This document shows positions 50,303 through 57,779 of a stretch of DNA of 62,131 bases, one piece after another. The first letter of the stretch is position 1, and every line of letters starts with the position of its first letter. The stretch covers positions 1-62,131 of the forward strand of contig CAYQDU010000003.1 in NCBI GenBank assembly GCA_964416275.1, written 5' to 3'. Both the position numbers and the translations under genes were made by a program. The notes under the pieces were generated by a model. The model was given only the letters and a program-made list of their open reading frames with translations, did no database searches and was not told where the DNA came from. This stretch comes from an uncultured Anaerolinea sp. (GTDB taxonomy: Bacteria; Chloroflexota; Anaerolineae; Anaerolineales; UBA4823).

Positions 50303-52036
50303 GTGTTTCCCAATCCTAAATCAGCAATCGACAATCATCAATCTGAGATCGGCTACATCGTAGGCGGCAGCCTCAAAGATAACCTGTACGCCCGGCTGGT
50401 AGCGCCGTCGCAGACGGTGCAGGAGGGCGGGTTTGTGGTGGTGGAGAGCGGCGAGTGGCTGTTCTATGGCCTGATTACCGACTTGCAGCTTGGCGCAACC
50501 GACCCGCGCTTTGCCGACGAGCAGAGCGAGCTGCGCCTGCCCGCCAACCTGGCCCACCTGCTGCACGGGCAGACCCTCTATACGAACCTGGTGATCCTGC
50601 CGGCCCTGATGCTGGAGCGCGGGCCAGAGCCGGGCGGCCCGGAATACGCCGCCTGGCTGGAACGCCTGCGCCTGAACCTGCAGGACACGCCCCGCCCCAT
50701 CCCTATCAAGACTATCCCACCCCACCATGCCAGGGTGCGCTTGGCTGGGCCGGGCGACATTGCCGAAATCTTCGGCCAGGCCGATAGCAAATCGAACTTC
50801 GTCATCGGCTATACCCGTGAGCAGGGTCACCCGGTGTGCCTGAACCTGGAGAAGTTCGTCCAGCGCTCGTCGGGCATCTTTGGGGCCACCGGCACGGGCA
50901 AATCCTTCCTTACCCGCATCATCCTGGCCGGGCTGATCCATTACAACCGGGCCTCGGTGCTGGTGTACGATATGCACAACGAATACGGCCTGGACGATAC
51001 CGCCTCCGATACAGGGAAAAAGGTGGTCGGGCTGCGCACCAAGTTCCCCGGCAAGCTGCAGGTGGTGGGCCTGGGGCGCGGGGCGCGCATCCGCGGCCAG
51101 GCCCCCGATTTCAACCTGGAAATCGCCCAGCGCGATATTCAACCGGGCGATATTGAGATGCTCAGCCGCGAACTGAACCTGAAAGAAACCACCCCCACCA
51201 CCCTGGATGCCCTGTGGCACGACTTCGGCCCCAACTGGTTTGCCGAGTTCCGGGCGATGAAGGTGGGATCGGTGATCGAAGACCCGGAGACGGGCAAGAA
51301 AATTCCCGCCCCCGACAGCGTTGCCTTCTGGTGCAACCGGACCGGGGTGAACCAGATGGCCGCCGAGGGGCTGCACAGCAAGCTGAGTCGGGTGTTCAAC
51401 CTGCAATACATCGTCGAGCAACCGGCCGCCGACAGCGTGGGCCAGGTCATCCAGGCCCTGGAGGCCGGGCGGCACGTGGTGCTGTCGTTTGGCGAGCATG
51501 AGAGCGACCTGGACTATCTGCTGGTGAGCAACCTGCTCACCCGGCGCATCCGAGAAGCCTGGGAGAAACGCACCAACGAGTTTCGCACCCACGGCGAGAA
51601 GGAACCCCGCCCGCTGGTGATTGTGGTGGAGGAGGCGCACAAGCTGCTCAACCGCGAGCTGGCCGCCCAGACCACTTTCAGCACCATCGCGCGCGAGCTG
51701 CGCAAATATTACGTCACCCTGCTGGTGGTCGATCAGCGCCCGTCACAAATCTACGACGAGGTGATGTCGCAGTTGGGGACGCGCGTCTCCGGCTGGCTGG
51801 GCGACGAAGACGACATCCGGGCGGTGCTTTCGGGGCTGGCCGGGCGGGAGGCGCTGCGCGGTATGCTGGCCCGTCTACAGCCCAAGGAAGAAGTGCTGCT
51901 GTTGGGGTGGGGCATGCCGATGCCCCTGCCGGTGCGCTCGCGCCGCTACGATGACCTGTTTTGGGCTGAACTGCTGGGCGGCAAGCCGGAGGGCAAAGTG
52001 ACCGAGGCGGATTTGTTAAAGGATTTAGGCTTCTAA
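50303..52036 (+). CDS. herA: HerA-family (DUF87) ATPase/DNA translocase
   Basis: N-terminal HAS barrel; Walker A GATGTGKS; VYDMHNEYG; Walker B VVEEAH; IARELRKYYVTLLVVDQRPS. GTG start with GGAGG ribosome-binding site. Confidence 0.88.
   Translation: MFPNPKSAIDNHQSEIGYIVGGSLKDNLYARLVAPSQTVQEGGFVVVESGEWLFYGLITDLQLGATDPRFADEQSELRLPANLAHLLHGQTLYTNLVILPALMLERGPEPGGPEYAAWLERLRLNLQDTPRPIPIKTIPPHHARVRLAGPGDIAEIFGQADSKSNFVIGYTREQGHPVCLNLEKFVQRSSGIFGATGTGKSFLTRIILAGLIHYNRASVLVYDMHNEYGLDDTASDTGKKVVGLRTKFPGKLQVVGLGRGARIRGQAPDFNLEIAQRDIQPGDIEMLSRELNLKETTPTTLDALWHDFGPNWFAEFRAMKVGSVIEDPETGKKIPAPDSVAFWCNRTGVNQMAAEGLHSKLSRVFNLQYIVEQPAADSVGQVIQALEAGRHVVLSFGEHESDLDYLLVSNLLTRRIREAWEKRTNEFRTHGEKEPRPLVIVVEEAHKLLNRELAAQTTFSTIARELRKYYVTLLVVDQRPSQIYDEVMSQLGTRVSGWLGDEDDIRAVLSGLAGREALRGMLARLQPKEEVLLLGWGMPMPLPVRSRRYDDLFWAELLGGKPEGKVTEADLLKDLGF
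50312..50350 (+). repeat. Heptamer-period AATCnnn tandem repeat in the 5' end of herA
   Basis: AATC at 50312, 50319, 50326, 50333 and 50340, and GATC at 50347 (exact 7-nt period). Confidence 0.7.
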
Positions 52037-52078
52037 GCCTTTGGGTTGGGCAGCCTCACTCAATCGGGGAGAAAGACT

Positions 52079-52128
52079 AGATTGGGGGATCGTGGTGTGG
52101 CTTAGCTAACACCACGATCCCCCAATCT
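52079..52128. repeat. Perfect 20-bp inverted repeat downstream of herA
   Basis: AGATTGGGGGATCGTGGTGT-GGCTTAGCTA-ACACCACGATCCCCCAATCT; no U tract. Confidence 0.75.
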
Positions 52129-52286
52129 GGGCCCCCCCGCCATCGGCGGAATAGCCGCAGCTATAGAAAGATTCCCGCCGGCAGAAGACCTATCAAGGAG
52201 AAGATGAGACGATTCTATAAATATTTTGCCGGGCGGTTAATCCTGGTAAAATAATGATGTATTTCAAGTCAACTAAGGAGGTTTAC

Positions 52287-52778
52287 GTGATTAGCAATTC
52301 CCTGATGGAAGCCATCAACGAACAAATCAACGCCGAGTTGTACTCGGCCTACCTGTACCTGGCGATGTCGGCCCACTTCGAGGCGGCCAACCTGCCCGGT
52401 TTCGCCAAGTGGACCCGCATGCAGGCCCAGGAAGAAACCGAGCATGCCATGAAGTTCTTTGACTTCATCAACGATCGCGGCGGGCGGGTTCACCTGCACG
52501 TCATCCAGGCGCCGCCGACCAGCTTTGGCACGACCCTGGAAGTCTACGAGCAGATCCTGGAACATGAAATGAAAGTCACCGGCCTGATCAACGCCCTGTA
52601 CGAGAAGGCCCTGGCCGAAAAGGACTACGCTGCCCAGGTGCTGCTGCACTGGTACATCGCGGAGCAGGTCGAAGAAGAAAAGAATGCCAGCGCAATTGTC
52701 GAACAACTGCGCATGGCGGGCGACCGGCCAGGCAACCTCATGTATTTGGATCGCCACGTAGGCAAGCGCGAAGACTGA
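52287..52778 (+). CDS. ftn: Non-heme ferritin
   Basis: AINEQINAELYSAYLYLAMS, QAQEETEHAMKF, EHEMKVT, WYIAEQVEEE ferroxidase residues. AAGGAGG ribosome-binding site before the GTG at 52287. Confidence 0.94.
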   Translation: MISNSLMEAINEQINAELYSAYLYLAMSAHFEAANLPGFAKWTRMQAQEETEHAMKFFDFINDRGGRVHLHVIQAPPTSFGTTLEVYEQILEHEMKVTGLINALYEKALAEKDYAAQVLLHWYIAEQVEEEKNASAIVEQLRMAGDRPGNLMYLDRHVGKRED

Positions 52779-52803
52779 TCTTGATGACCAGCCGCGGCAG
52801 GCT

Positions 52804-52915
52804 GGCCTGAAAAAGTATCGACCAGGGGATTTTTGTCGCGCAGAGTGCGACGAGATCCCCTGGCCCTCTCTTTTCTGGGGCGCTTCTCAAGCGCCCCTGC
52901 CTCCCCACAATGGAG
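52804..52915 (-). repeat. R2 element (copy D, divergent, reverse orientation)
   Basis: Reverse complement CTCCATT-GTGGGGAGGCAGGGGCGC..GCGCCCCAGAAAAGAG...GGGGATCTCGTCGC-ACTCTGC-GCGACAAAAATCCCC...TTTTTCAGGC keeps the same modules as copies A-C. Confidence 0.65.
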
Positions 52916-52966
52916 CGGAACGATAGTGCGTAGGGTTGCCGTTTTGGATGAACAGGGGAGATGCCC

Positions 52967-53857
52967 ATGGATCTACAGCAGGCGATCGATGCTTTTGCCC
53001 TGGCGACCGTCAACCTGACCGAGGCCGACCTGGAACGCCCCTGGGACTGGGAAGAGTACGACGAAGGAGTGCGCTTCGCTTTCTTCCGCACCTATGAAGA
53101 ACTGCGCGATTTATCGTCGCGCCTGTTTGCTCAGCGCTTGCAGATGGGCCGCCCGCGCACTCTGGCCCAACACTGCCTGGCGCAGTACCACGCCGCTTAT
53201 CAAGACCTGCGGGCAGTGACCCAGGGCGTGGACGACGCGTTGGCGTCTCGCGCCCCTGCCGAGGGCGAATGGTCGCTGCGCGAAACCCTGGTGCATATGC
53301 TGCGCGCCGAGCGTTCTTTCTTCGCCATCTGCCATTACGCCGTCGAGCGCGAGCGGGCCATCGGGCGGGGCGAGCCGGAACGCCCCCCTGCCTTGACCGA
53401 CGAAGACTGGGATGCGTTTTGGGCTGCGTCTAACGATCCTTTCAGTGGTTTGCGCGACCAGGCCCCCTTTTCGATCCTGATGGATTATTTCGCCGGGCTG
53501 CACCAACGCGTCCTCTCTTACTTTGCCGACCTGAGCGAGGCCGAATTGGAAACGCCTTCGATTTATTGGGAAAGCACTCCCATGCCGCTGATCTTCCGCC
53601 TGCACCGTTTCGATTCGCACCTGCGCCAGCATACAATCCAGATGGAGAAGTGCCTGCAAACCCTGGTCGGGCCGCCCGGCGAGGCCCGCCGCTTGCTGCG
53701 CCTGATCTATACCGCCCTGGCCGAATTGCAAGGGACACAGATCGTGGCCGCGGCTTCCGGCATCGCCGGATACGGCGACGCAGCCTGTGAGCGCCTGGCG
53801 GCCGAGATCGAGCGCCGCACAGCCGAGGTCCTGGCCGCACTAGAAGATAAAGCTTGA
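52967..53857 (+). CDS. DinB/YfiT-like putative metalloenzyme
   Basis: PAEGEWSLRETLVHML and FRLHRFDSHLRQHTIQ carry the DinB His ligands. Confidence 0.75.
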   Translation: MDLQQAIDAFALATVNLTEADLERPWDWEEYDEGVRFAFFRTYEELRDLSSRLFAQRLQMGRPRTLAQHCLAQYHAAYQDLRAVTQGVDDALASRAPAEGEWSLRETLVHMLRAERSFFAICHYAVERERAIGRGEPERPPALTDEDWDAFWAASNDPFSGLRDQAPFSILMDYFAGLHQRVLSYFADLSEAELETPSIYWESTPMPLIFRLHRFDSHLRQHTIQMEKCLQTLVGPPGEARRLLRLIYTALAELQGTQIVAAASGIAGYGDAACERLAAEIERRTAEVLAALEDKA

Positions 53858-53867
53858 AAGCCTGTTT

Positions 53868-54812
53868 ATGACTCTGGATACCCCTCCCCAGTCCCCTGCC
53901 TATTGCTCCGATCTATCGCTGGCGGCCGGCGAGCCGTTGATCGGCAGCGCCACCCAGACCGCTGGCTATATCTTGATCGAATATCCAGACGCCTGGGGAG
54001 AGAAGGCCCTGGACGAGTCGACCATCCCGCCGGCGGTCAAAAATCACCTCAAGGCGTTTGGCCGGGCCTATCCGTTGGTCAAGACCCTGCTGGTGCGCCC
54101 GGCTTCGCTGGCCCAGGCTGGCGAGCGGCGCTGTTTTTTGGTCGTGACGCACGAGCGTCAACCGGCTATCTACGCCTTCCCTCTACCAACCTATGAAAGC
54201 CTGCTCGACCTGGACCTGGCCGATATTTTGAGCGGCGACGTCGATGGCGTGGACCCTTACCATGCTTATCGCCGCAGCCAGCCGCTCTTCCTGGTCTGCA
54301 CCAATGGCCGGCGCGATATCTGCTGCGCTCGCCACGGCGCGCCGGTAGTGAGCGCCCTGCTCTCGTTGGCCCAGGACAGCCCCGAACCGCTGGTCTGGCA
54401 TTCGACCCACCTGGGAGGGCATCGTTTTGCGGCCAATCTGTTGTGTCTGCCGCATGGCCTGCTGTATGGCCGGGTGCGAGCAGAATTGGCCGGGCCTATT
54501 TTCGAAGCCTACCGCGCCGGGCAGATTTTTCTGCCTAACCTGCGCGGGCGCACGGCTTACCCCCCGCCGGTGCAGGCTGGCGAGCATTTTCTGCGCCTGG
54601 AGACGGGTCTGTCCTCGCTGGAAGCCCTCTACCTGCACGAAGCCCATGCGGTGGAACCCGATCATTGGACGGCGCAGTTCTTCTCTGAAGTGAGCGGCGA
54701 GACCTACCGGCTGGATATTCGCCTTATTTCTTCAGGCGAAGAGCGGGTTTTCGAAAGCTGTCGCCTGGATAAGACTACGCCCGTGCTGCGCTATCAGGTG
54801 TCGTTGATATGA
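53868..54812 (+). CDS. Sucrase/ferredoxin-like (thioredoxin-like [2Fe-2S], Apd1/Aim32-type 2Cys-2His) protein
   Basis: LVCTNGRRDICC (C-x8-C), STHLGGHRFAANL (HxGGH), YGRV. Confidence 0.88.
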   Translation: MTLDTPPQSPAYCSDLSLAAGEPLIGSATQTAGYILIEYPDAWGEKALDESTIPPAVKNHLKAFGRAYPLVKTLLVRPASLAQAGERRCFLVVTHERQPAIYAFPLPTYESLLDLDLADILSGDVDGVDPYHAYRRSQPLFLVCTNGRRDICCARHGAPVVSALLSLAQDSPEPLVWHSTHLGGHRFAANLLCLPHGLLYGRVRAELAGPIFEAYRAGQIFLPNLRGRTAYPPPVQAGEHFLRLETGLSSLEALYLHEAHAVEPDHWTAQFFSEVSGETYRLDIRLISSGEERVFESCRLDKTTPVLRYQVSLI

Positions 54813-55282
54813 AACTGGCCACCCTGTGCTACGTTCGTAAAGATCATCAAACCCTGATGGTGCATCGGAATAAGAAAGCTAACGACATGCACCTGGGGAA
54901 ATGGAACGGCCTGGGCGGCAAACTGGAGCCTGGCGAGACCCCCGAAGAGTGCGTCATCCGCGAGCTGTACGAAGAAACGGGTTTGAGCGTCCGCAGCCCG
55001 CAGCTCAAGGGCGTGCTGACCTTCCCCGGCTTTGCTAACGACGAAGACTGGTACGCCTTTGTGTTTATCGTGACCGATTTCAGCGGCGAATTGATCGATT
55101 CGCCCGAAGGCGCCCTGGCCTGGGTAGAGGATGCTCGCCTGTTAGACCTCAACCTGTGGGAAGGCGACCGCATCTTCATCCCCTGGCTTGACCAGCCCGG
55201 CTTCTTTTCCGGCAAGTTCACCTATCGGGATGGGCGGTTGGTCGATCACACTGGGGTCTTCTATGCTTCTGAGGCGGTTTAG
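54809..55282 (+). CDS. Nudix hydrolase, 8-oxo-dGTP diphosphatase (MTH1/MutT-like)
   Basis: WNGLGGKLEPGETPEECVIRELYEETGL Nudix box; SPEGALAW; LWEGDR. ATGA overlap with the upstream gene. Confidence 0.9.
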   Translation: MKLATLCYVRKDHQTLMVHRNKKANDMHLGKWNGLGGKLEPGETPEECVIRELYEETGLSVRSPQLKGVLTFPGFANDEDWYAFVFIVTDFSGELIDSPEGALAWVEDARLLDLNLWEGDRIFIPWLDQPGFFSGKFTYRDGRLVDHTGVFYASEAV

Positions 55283-55630
55283 GTGCTGGCCCTGGCCCGC
55301 TCTCGCCTGGGAGGGCGCCTGGCAGCCTGGGCGTTTGCCCGGATGAGCTTTGCCATCCCCGTTCATCGTCTGTACGATACGCCCACCCTGCTGGCCTTTG
55401 AACACCCCCGGCCCAGCTACCGGGTGCATATCTTGCTGACGCCGAAGCGAGCCATTTCCAGCCTGGAGGCTTTAGGTCCCCAGGACGCCGACTTCCTGGC
55501 CGATCTGTTTGCTGTGGTGCAGAGCCTGGTTGCCGAGCGCGGCTTATCCGCATCGGGCTATCGCCTGATTGCCAACGGCGGCGCTTACCAGGACTTTCCT
55601 CTCTTGCATTTCCACCTGATCGCCGATTAA
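55283..55630 (+). CDS. HIT-family protein (first triad His replaced)
   Basis: AFEHPRPSYRVHILLTPK; YRLIANGGAYQDFPLLHFHL. GTG start abuts the Nudix stop. Confidence 0.75.
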   Translation: MLALARSRLGGRLAAWAFARMSFAIPVHRLYDTPTLLAFEHPRPSYRVHILLTPKRAISSLEALGPQDADFLADLFAVVQSLVAERGLSASGYRLIANGGAYQDFPLLHFHLIAD

Positions 55631-55655
55631 ACCTCCTTTGTCCGTGGGCAAAATT

Positions 55656-55804
55656 GTAGGGCGCCACCCCATTAAACCGTGAAACAGGCAGGGCGTTCTT
55701 CAAGCGCCTTCAAGAAAGAGATGCTGGATGGAGTTTGTCGCACTTCGGGCGATAAACTCCACGATTACCCCGATAACTTTTCCCTGGGCGAAGCCGGAAG
55801 AACC
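55656..55804 (+). repeat. GTAG-initiated R2 element (copy C) plus R3 module between convergent genes
   Basis: GTAGGGCGCCACCCCATTAAACCGTGAAACAGGCAGGGCG...GCGCC...AAAGAG...GGAGTTTGTCGC-ACTTCGG-GCGATAAACTCC...AACTTTTCCCTGGGCGAAGCCGGAAGAACC. Confidence 0.8.
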
Positions 55805-55887
55805 TGAAATAACTTGGGCTGAAGAAAGCGACAGCGGGCTTTGGAGCAATCTCCAAAGCCCGCTGTCGTCTAAGCGGCCGGTCATTC

Positions 55888-56781
55888 TCAGCGAGGAAAC
55901 TGACGCGGGTTGTTATTGTTGTTGCGGGCGTAACTGGTGCGGTTGGGCGTCATCGGCCCGGTGTTACCCGGGCGGCTGCCGCCGGGGTGACTGCTGCTCG
56001 CTACATCCACATAAGTGGCCTCTTCGGGTTCGGGCGGGTCGATGTGGATCGTCTCGGCGCGCGGCGATTCGAACTTGACCTGCTGGCCGGGGCGATTGTT
56101 CCCGGCGGTGTGCATCGAGCGGTAGCCGCCGTTCTTGGGCTGGGTGGCGGCGATGGGCATTGGCGCCTGGCTGCGCTGCCCGGCGGCGGTCGATGGGATC
56201 GTCGGGCGGGGCTGCGGAGCGGCCTGGACGCGCTGTGTAGAAGCGGCGCGTGCCGGAACGACGGCCTGGGGCGCATCCTGGCCGAACAGCCGGTCGCCCG
56301 AAACCGAGAACGTGCCGATAATCAGCACCCGGATGAGCCAGACCAGCACGGCCACAAAGACGGGGACAACGTGCAGCAGCGTCTCGCGGCCCACCACTTC
56401 GTTGCCCAGGGTCTGGTGGCCCATCACCGCCAGGGCCACGCCCCACCAGGTGAGCATGGCGTTCATGGTGGCGGCCAGCAGCCAGGCCCCAAACAGGTAC
56501 CAGTTTTCATTGTGCGCCACCGGCGTGCCAGGCTCATGCTCGCCGGGTGAGAACAGGCGGGCGATGCCGGCAAAGTCGATGCCGCAGAAGGCGATTGCCA
56601 GGATGGTGGACCAGCGCAGGCCCATGAATTTGAGATCACCCAACAGGTCCGACAGGGCGTAATCGGTGGTGCTGTAGTTGAAAATCTCAAATGCCAGCAA
56701 TGCTGTCACGATGATAACGCCGAAGACAAGCCCGCGGCGAATACGAAGATCACGCACAAATTGCGATTGGTTGGTAGTCAT
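55888..56781 (-). CDS. Uncharacterised membrane protein (about 4 TM helices and a long Pro/Gln/Arg-rich disordered C-tail)
   Basis: GAGGAGG ribosome-binding site before the ATG at 56781; hydrophobic segments GLVFGVIIVTALLAF, WSTILAIAFCGIDFAGIA, WYLFGAWLLAATMNAMLTWWGVALA and VVPVFVAVLVWLIRVLIIGTF. Confidence 0.75.
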   Translation of the reverse strand: MTTNQSQFVRDLRIRRGLVFGVIIVTALLAFEIFNYSTTDYALSDLLGDLKFMGLRWSTILAIAFCGIDFAGIARLFSPGEHEPGTPVAHNENWYLFGAWLLAATMNAMLTWWGVALAVMGHQTLGNEVVGRETLLHVVPVFVAVLVWLIRVLIIGTFSVSGDRLFGQDAPQAVVPARAASTQRVQAAPQPRPTIPSTAAGQRSQAPMPIAATQPKNGGYRSMHTAGNNRPGQQVKFESPRAETIHIDPPEPEEATYVDVASSSHPGGSRPGNTGPMTPNRTSYARNNNNNPRQFPR

Positions 56782-56857
56782 ACGTTTAGCCTCCTCAAGA
56801 CCGATCCGAACTTGCTTCCGCACTGTGTCTGAGAGGCAGGTACCTGAGGCAAGTCTG

Positions 56858-56886
56858 TTGACAATGCATTGAACTGTCGTTATAAT
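56858..56886 (+). promoter_or_regulatory. Consensus sigma70 promoter TTGACA-N17-TATAAT for the lytic transglycosylase gene
   Basis: TTGACA at 56858-56863, 17-nt spacer, TATAAT at 56881-56886. Confidence 0.85.
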
Positions 56887-56887
56887 A

Positions 56888-56916
56888 ATCATAGAACATA
56901 AATTCTATTATGTCAA
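56888..56916 (-). promoter_or_regulatory. Near-consensus sigma70 promoter TTGACA-N17-TATGAT for the membrane-protein gene
   Basis: Minus-strand TTGACA at 56916-56911, 17-nt spacer, TATGAT at 56893-56888. Confidence 0.8.
56893..56906. promoter_or_regulatory. LexA (SOS)-like box 1, AGAAC-ATAA-ATTCT
   Basis: One mismatch to the AGAAC-N4-GTTCT box of Gram-positive/Chloroflexota LexA; it overlaps both promoters. Confidence 0.6.
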
Positions 56917-56925
56917 GAGCCAATT

Positions 56926-56939
56926 AGAACGTTTATTCT
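56926..56939. promoter_or_regulatory. LexA (SOS)-like box 2, AGAAC-GTTT-ATTCT
   Basis: Same AGAAC-N4-ATTCT variant, 33 nt (about 3 helical turns) from box 1. Confidence 0.6.
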
Positions 56940-56965
56940 GTTTTTGTGCGACTTGTGAACCCGAT

Positions 56966-57775
56966 ATGACCAGAAGACTCCGCTGCCCAGACGAATATTT
57001 CTCTGCGCCAGACTCGGCCCCCGAACCAGACGTTTATGAAGACGTCGACTTGGACGATGACGCTTTCCTGGAGGACGAAAACATCTACCTGCCGGCGGCT
57101 TACGACCAGCCAGCCGAAGTCGGGCCAGGGATAACGCTCTCGCTGTCCAATGGGCCGGGGCCGGGGTTGATTGCGACGGTAACGGTGGTGGTGTGTATGC
57201 TGATGGGGTTGGGCCTGTTTGCGCTTTCCGGCGGGGCCAGGGCGGCCATGTTGGCCGCCAGCGAGGCCTCGGCGGCAATCGCTACCCAGGCGGCGCAGCC
57301 GGCTGCGCCGCCCGCGGCCCAGGCTGCCGCGCCCGCCGTCCCGGTTGTATCGGCCGATTGCTCGGTGAGCGACCTGTTTCCTGGCCAGGTACGCCGGTGG
57401 TGTGGGTTGATTACCCCATATGCCCACAAGCACGGCCTGGCGCCCGACCTGGTGGCGGCCCTGATCTGGCTGGAAAGTGGGGGGGATGAAGTGGCCTACT
57501 CAAAGAGCGGCGCGGTGGGGCTGATGCAGGTCATGCCCAGCGATGGGCTGTCGGCGTCTTTCATGTGCATCAATGGGCCCTGTTTTAGCGACCGGCCGAC
57601 CACGGCGCAACTGCAAGACCCAGAGTTCAACATCGCCTACGGCACGCGCATGCTGGCCGGCCTGCTGCGCAAGAACGGCGACCTGCGCGAAGCGCTCAAA
57701 TCCTATGGCCCCATGAACGCCGGGTATAGCTATGCCGATAAAGTCCTGGGCATCTTCCAACGCTATGGCAAATAG
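56966..57775 (+). CDS. Membrane-anchored lytic transglycosylase (SLT domain)
   Basis: Acidic N-terminus, TM helix (LIATVTVVVCMLMGLGLFAL), Ala/Pro linker, then LVAALIWLESGG (catalytic Glu), SGAVGLMQVMP, DPEFNIAYGTRML and ALKSYG. Confidence 0.88.
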   Translation: MTRRLRCPDEYFSAPDSAPEPDVYEDVDLDDDAFLEDENIYLPAAYDQPAEVGPGITLSLSNGPGPGLIATVTVVVCMLMGLGLFALSGGARAAMLAASEASAAIATQAAQPAAPPAAQAAAPAVPVVSADCSVSDLFPGQVRRWCGLITPYAHKHGLAPDLVAALIWLESGGDEVAYSKSGAVGLMQVMPSDGLSASFMCINGPCFSDRPTTAQLQDPEFNIAYGTRMLAGLLRKNGDLREALKSYGPMNAGYSYADKVLGIFQRYGK

Positions 57776-57779
57776 CGGG

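Noticed and set aside
48361-52036. Calling nurA-herA an anti-phage defence island
   Set aside because: No Sir2, DUF4297 or other effector and no neighbouring defence or mobile genes; GC and codon usage match the core genome, so DNA repair is the simpler reading.
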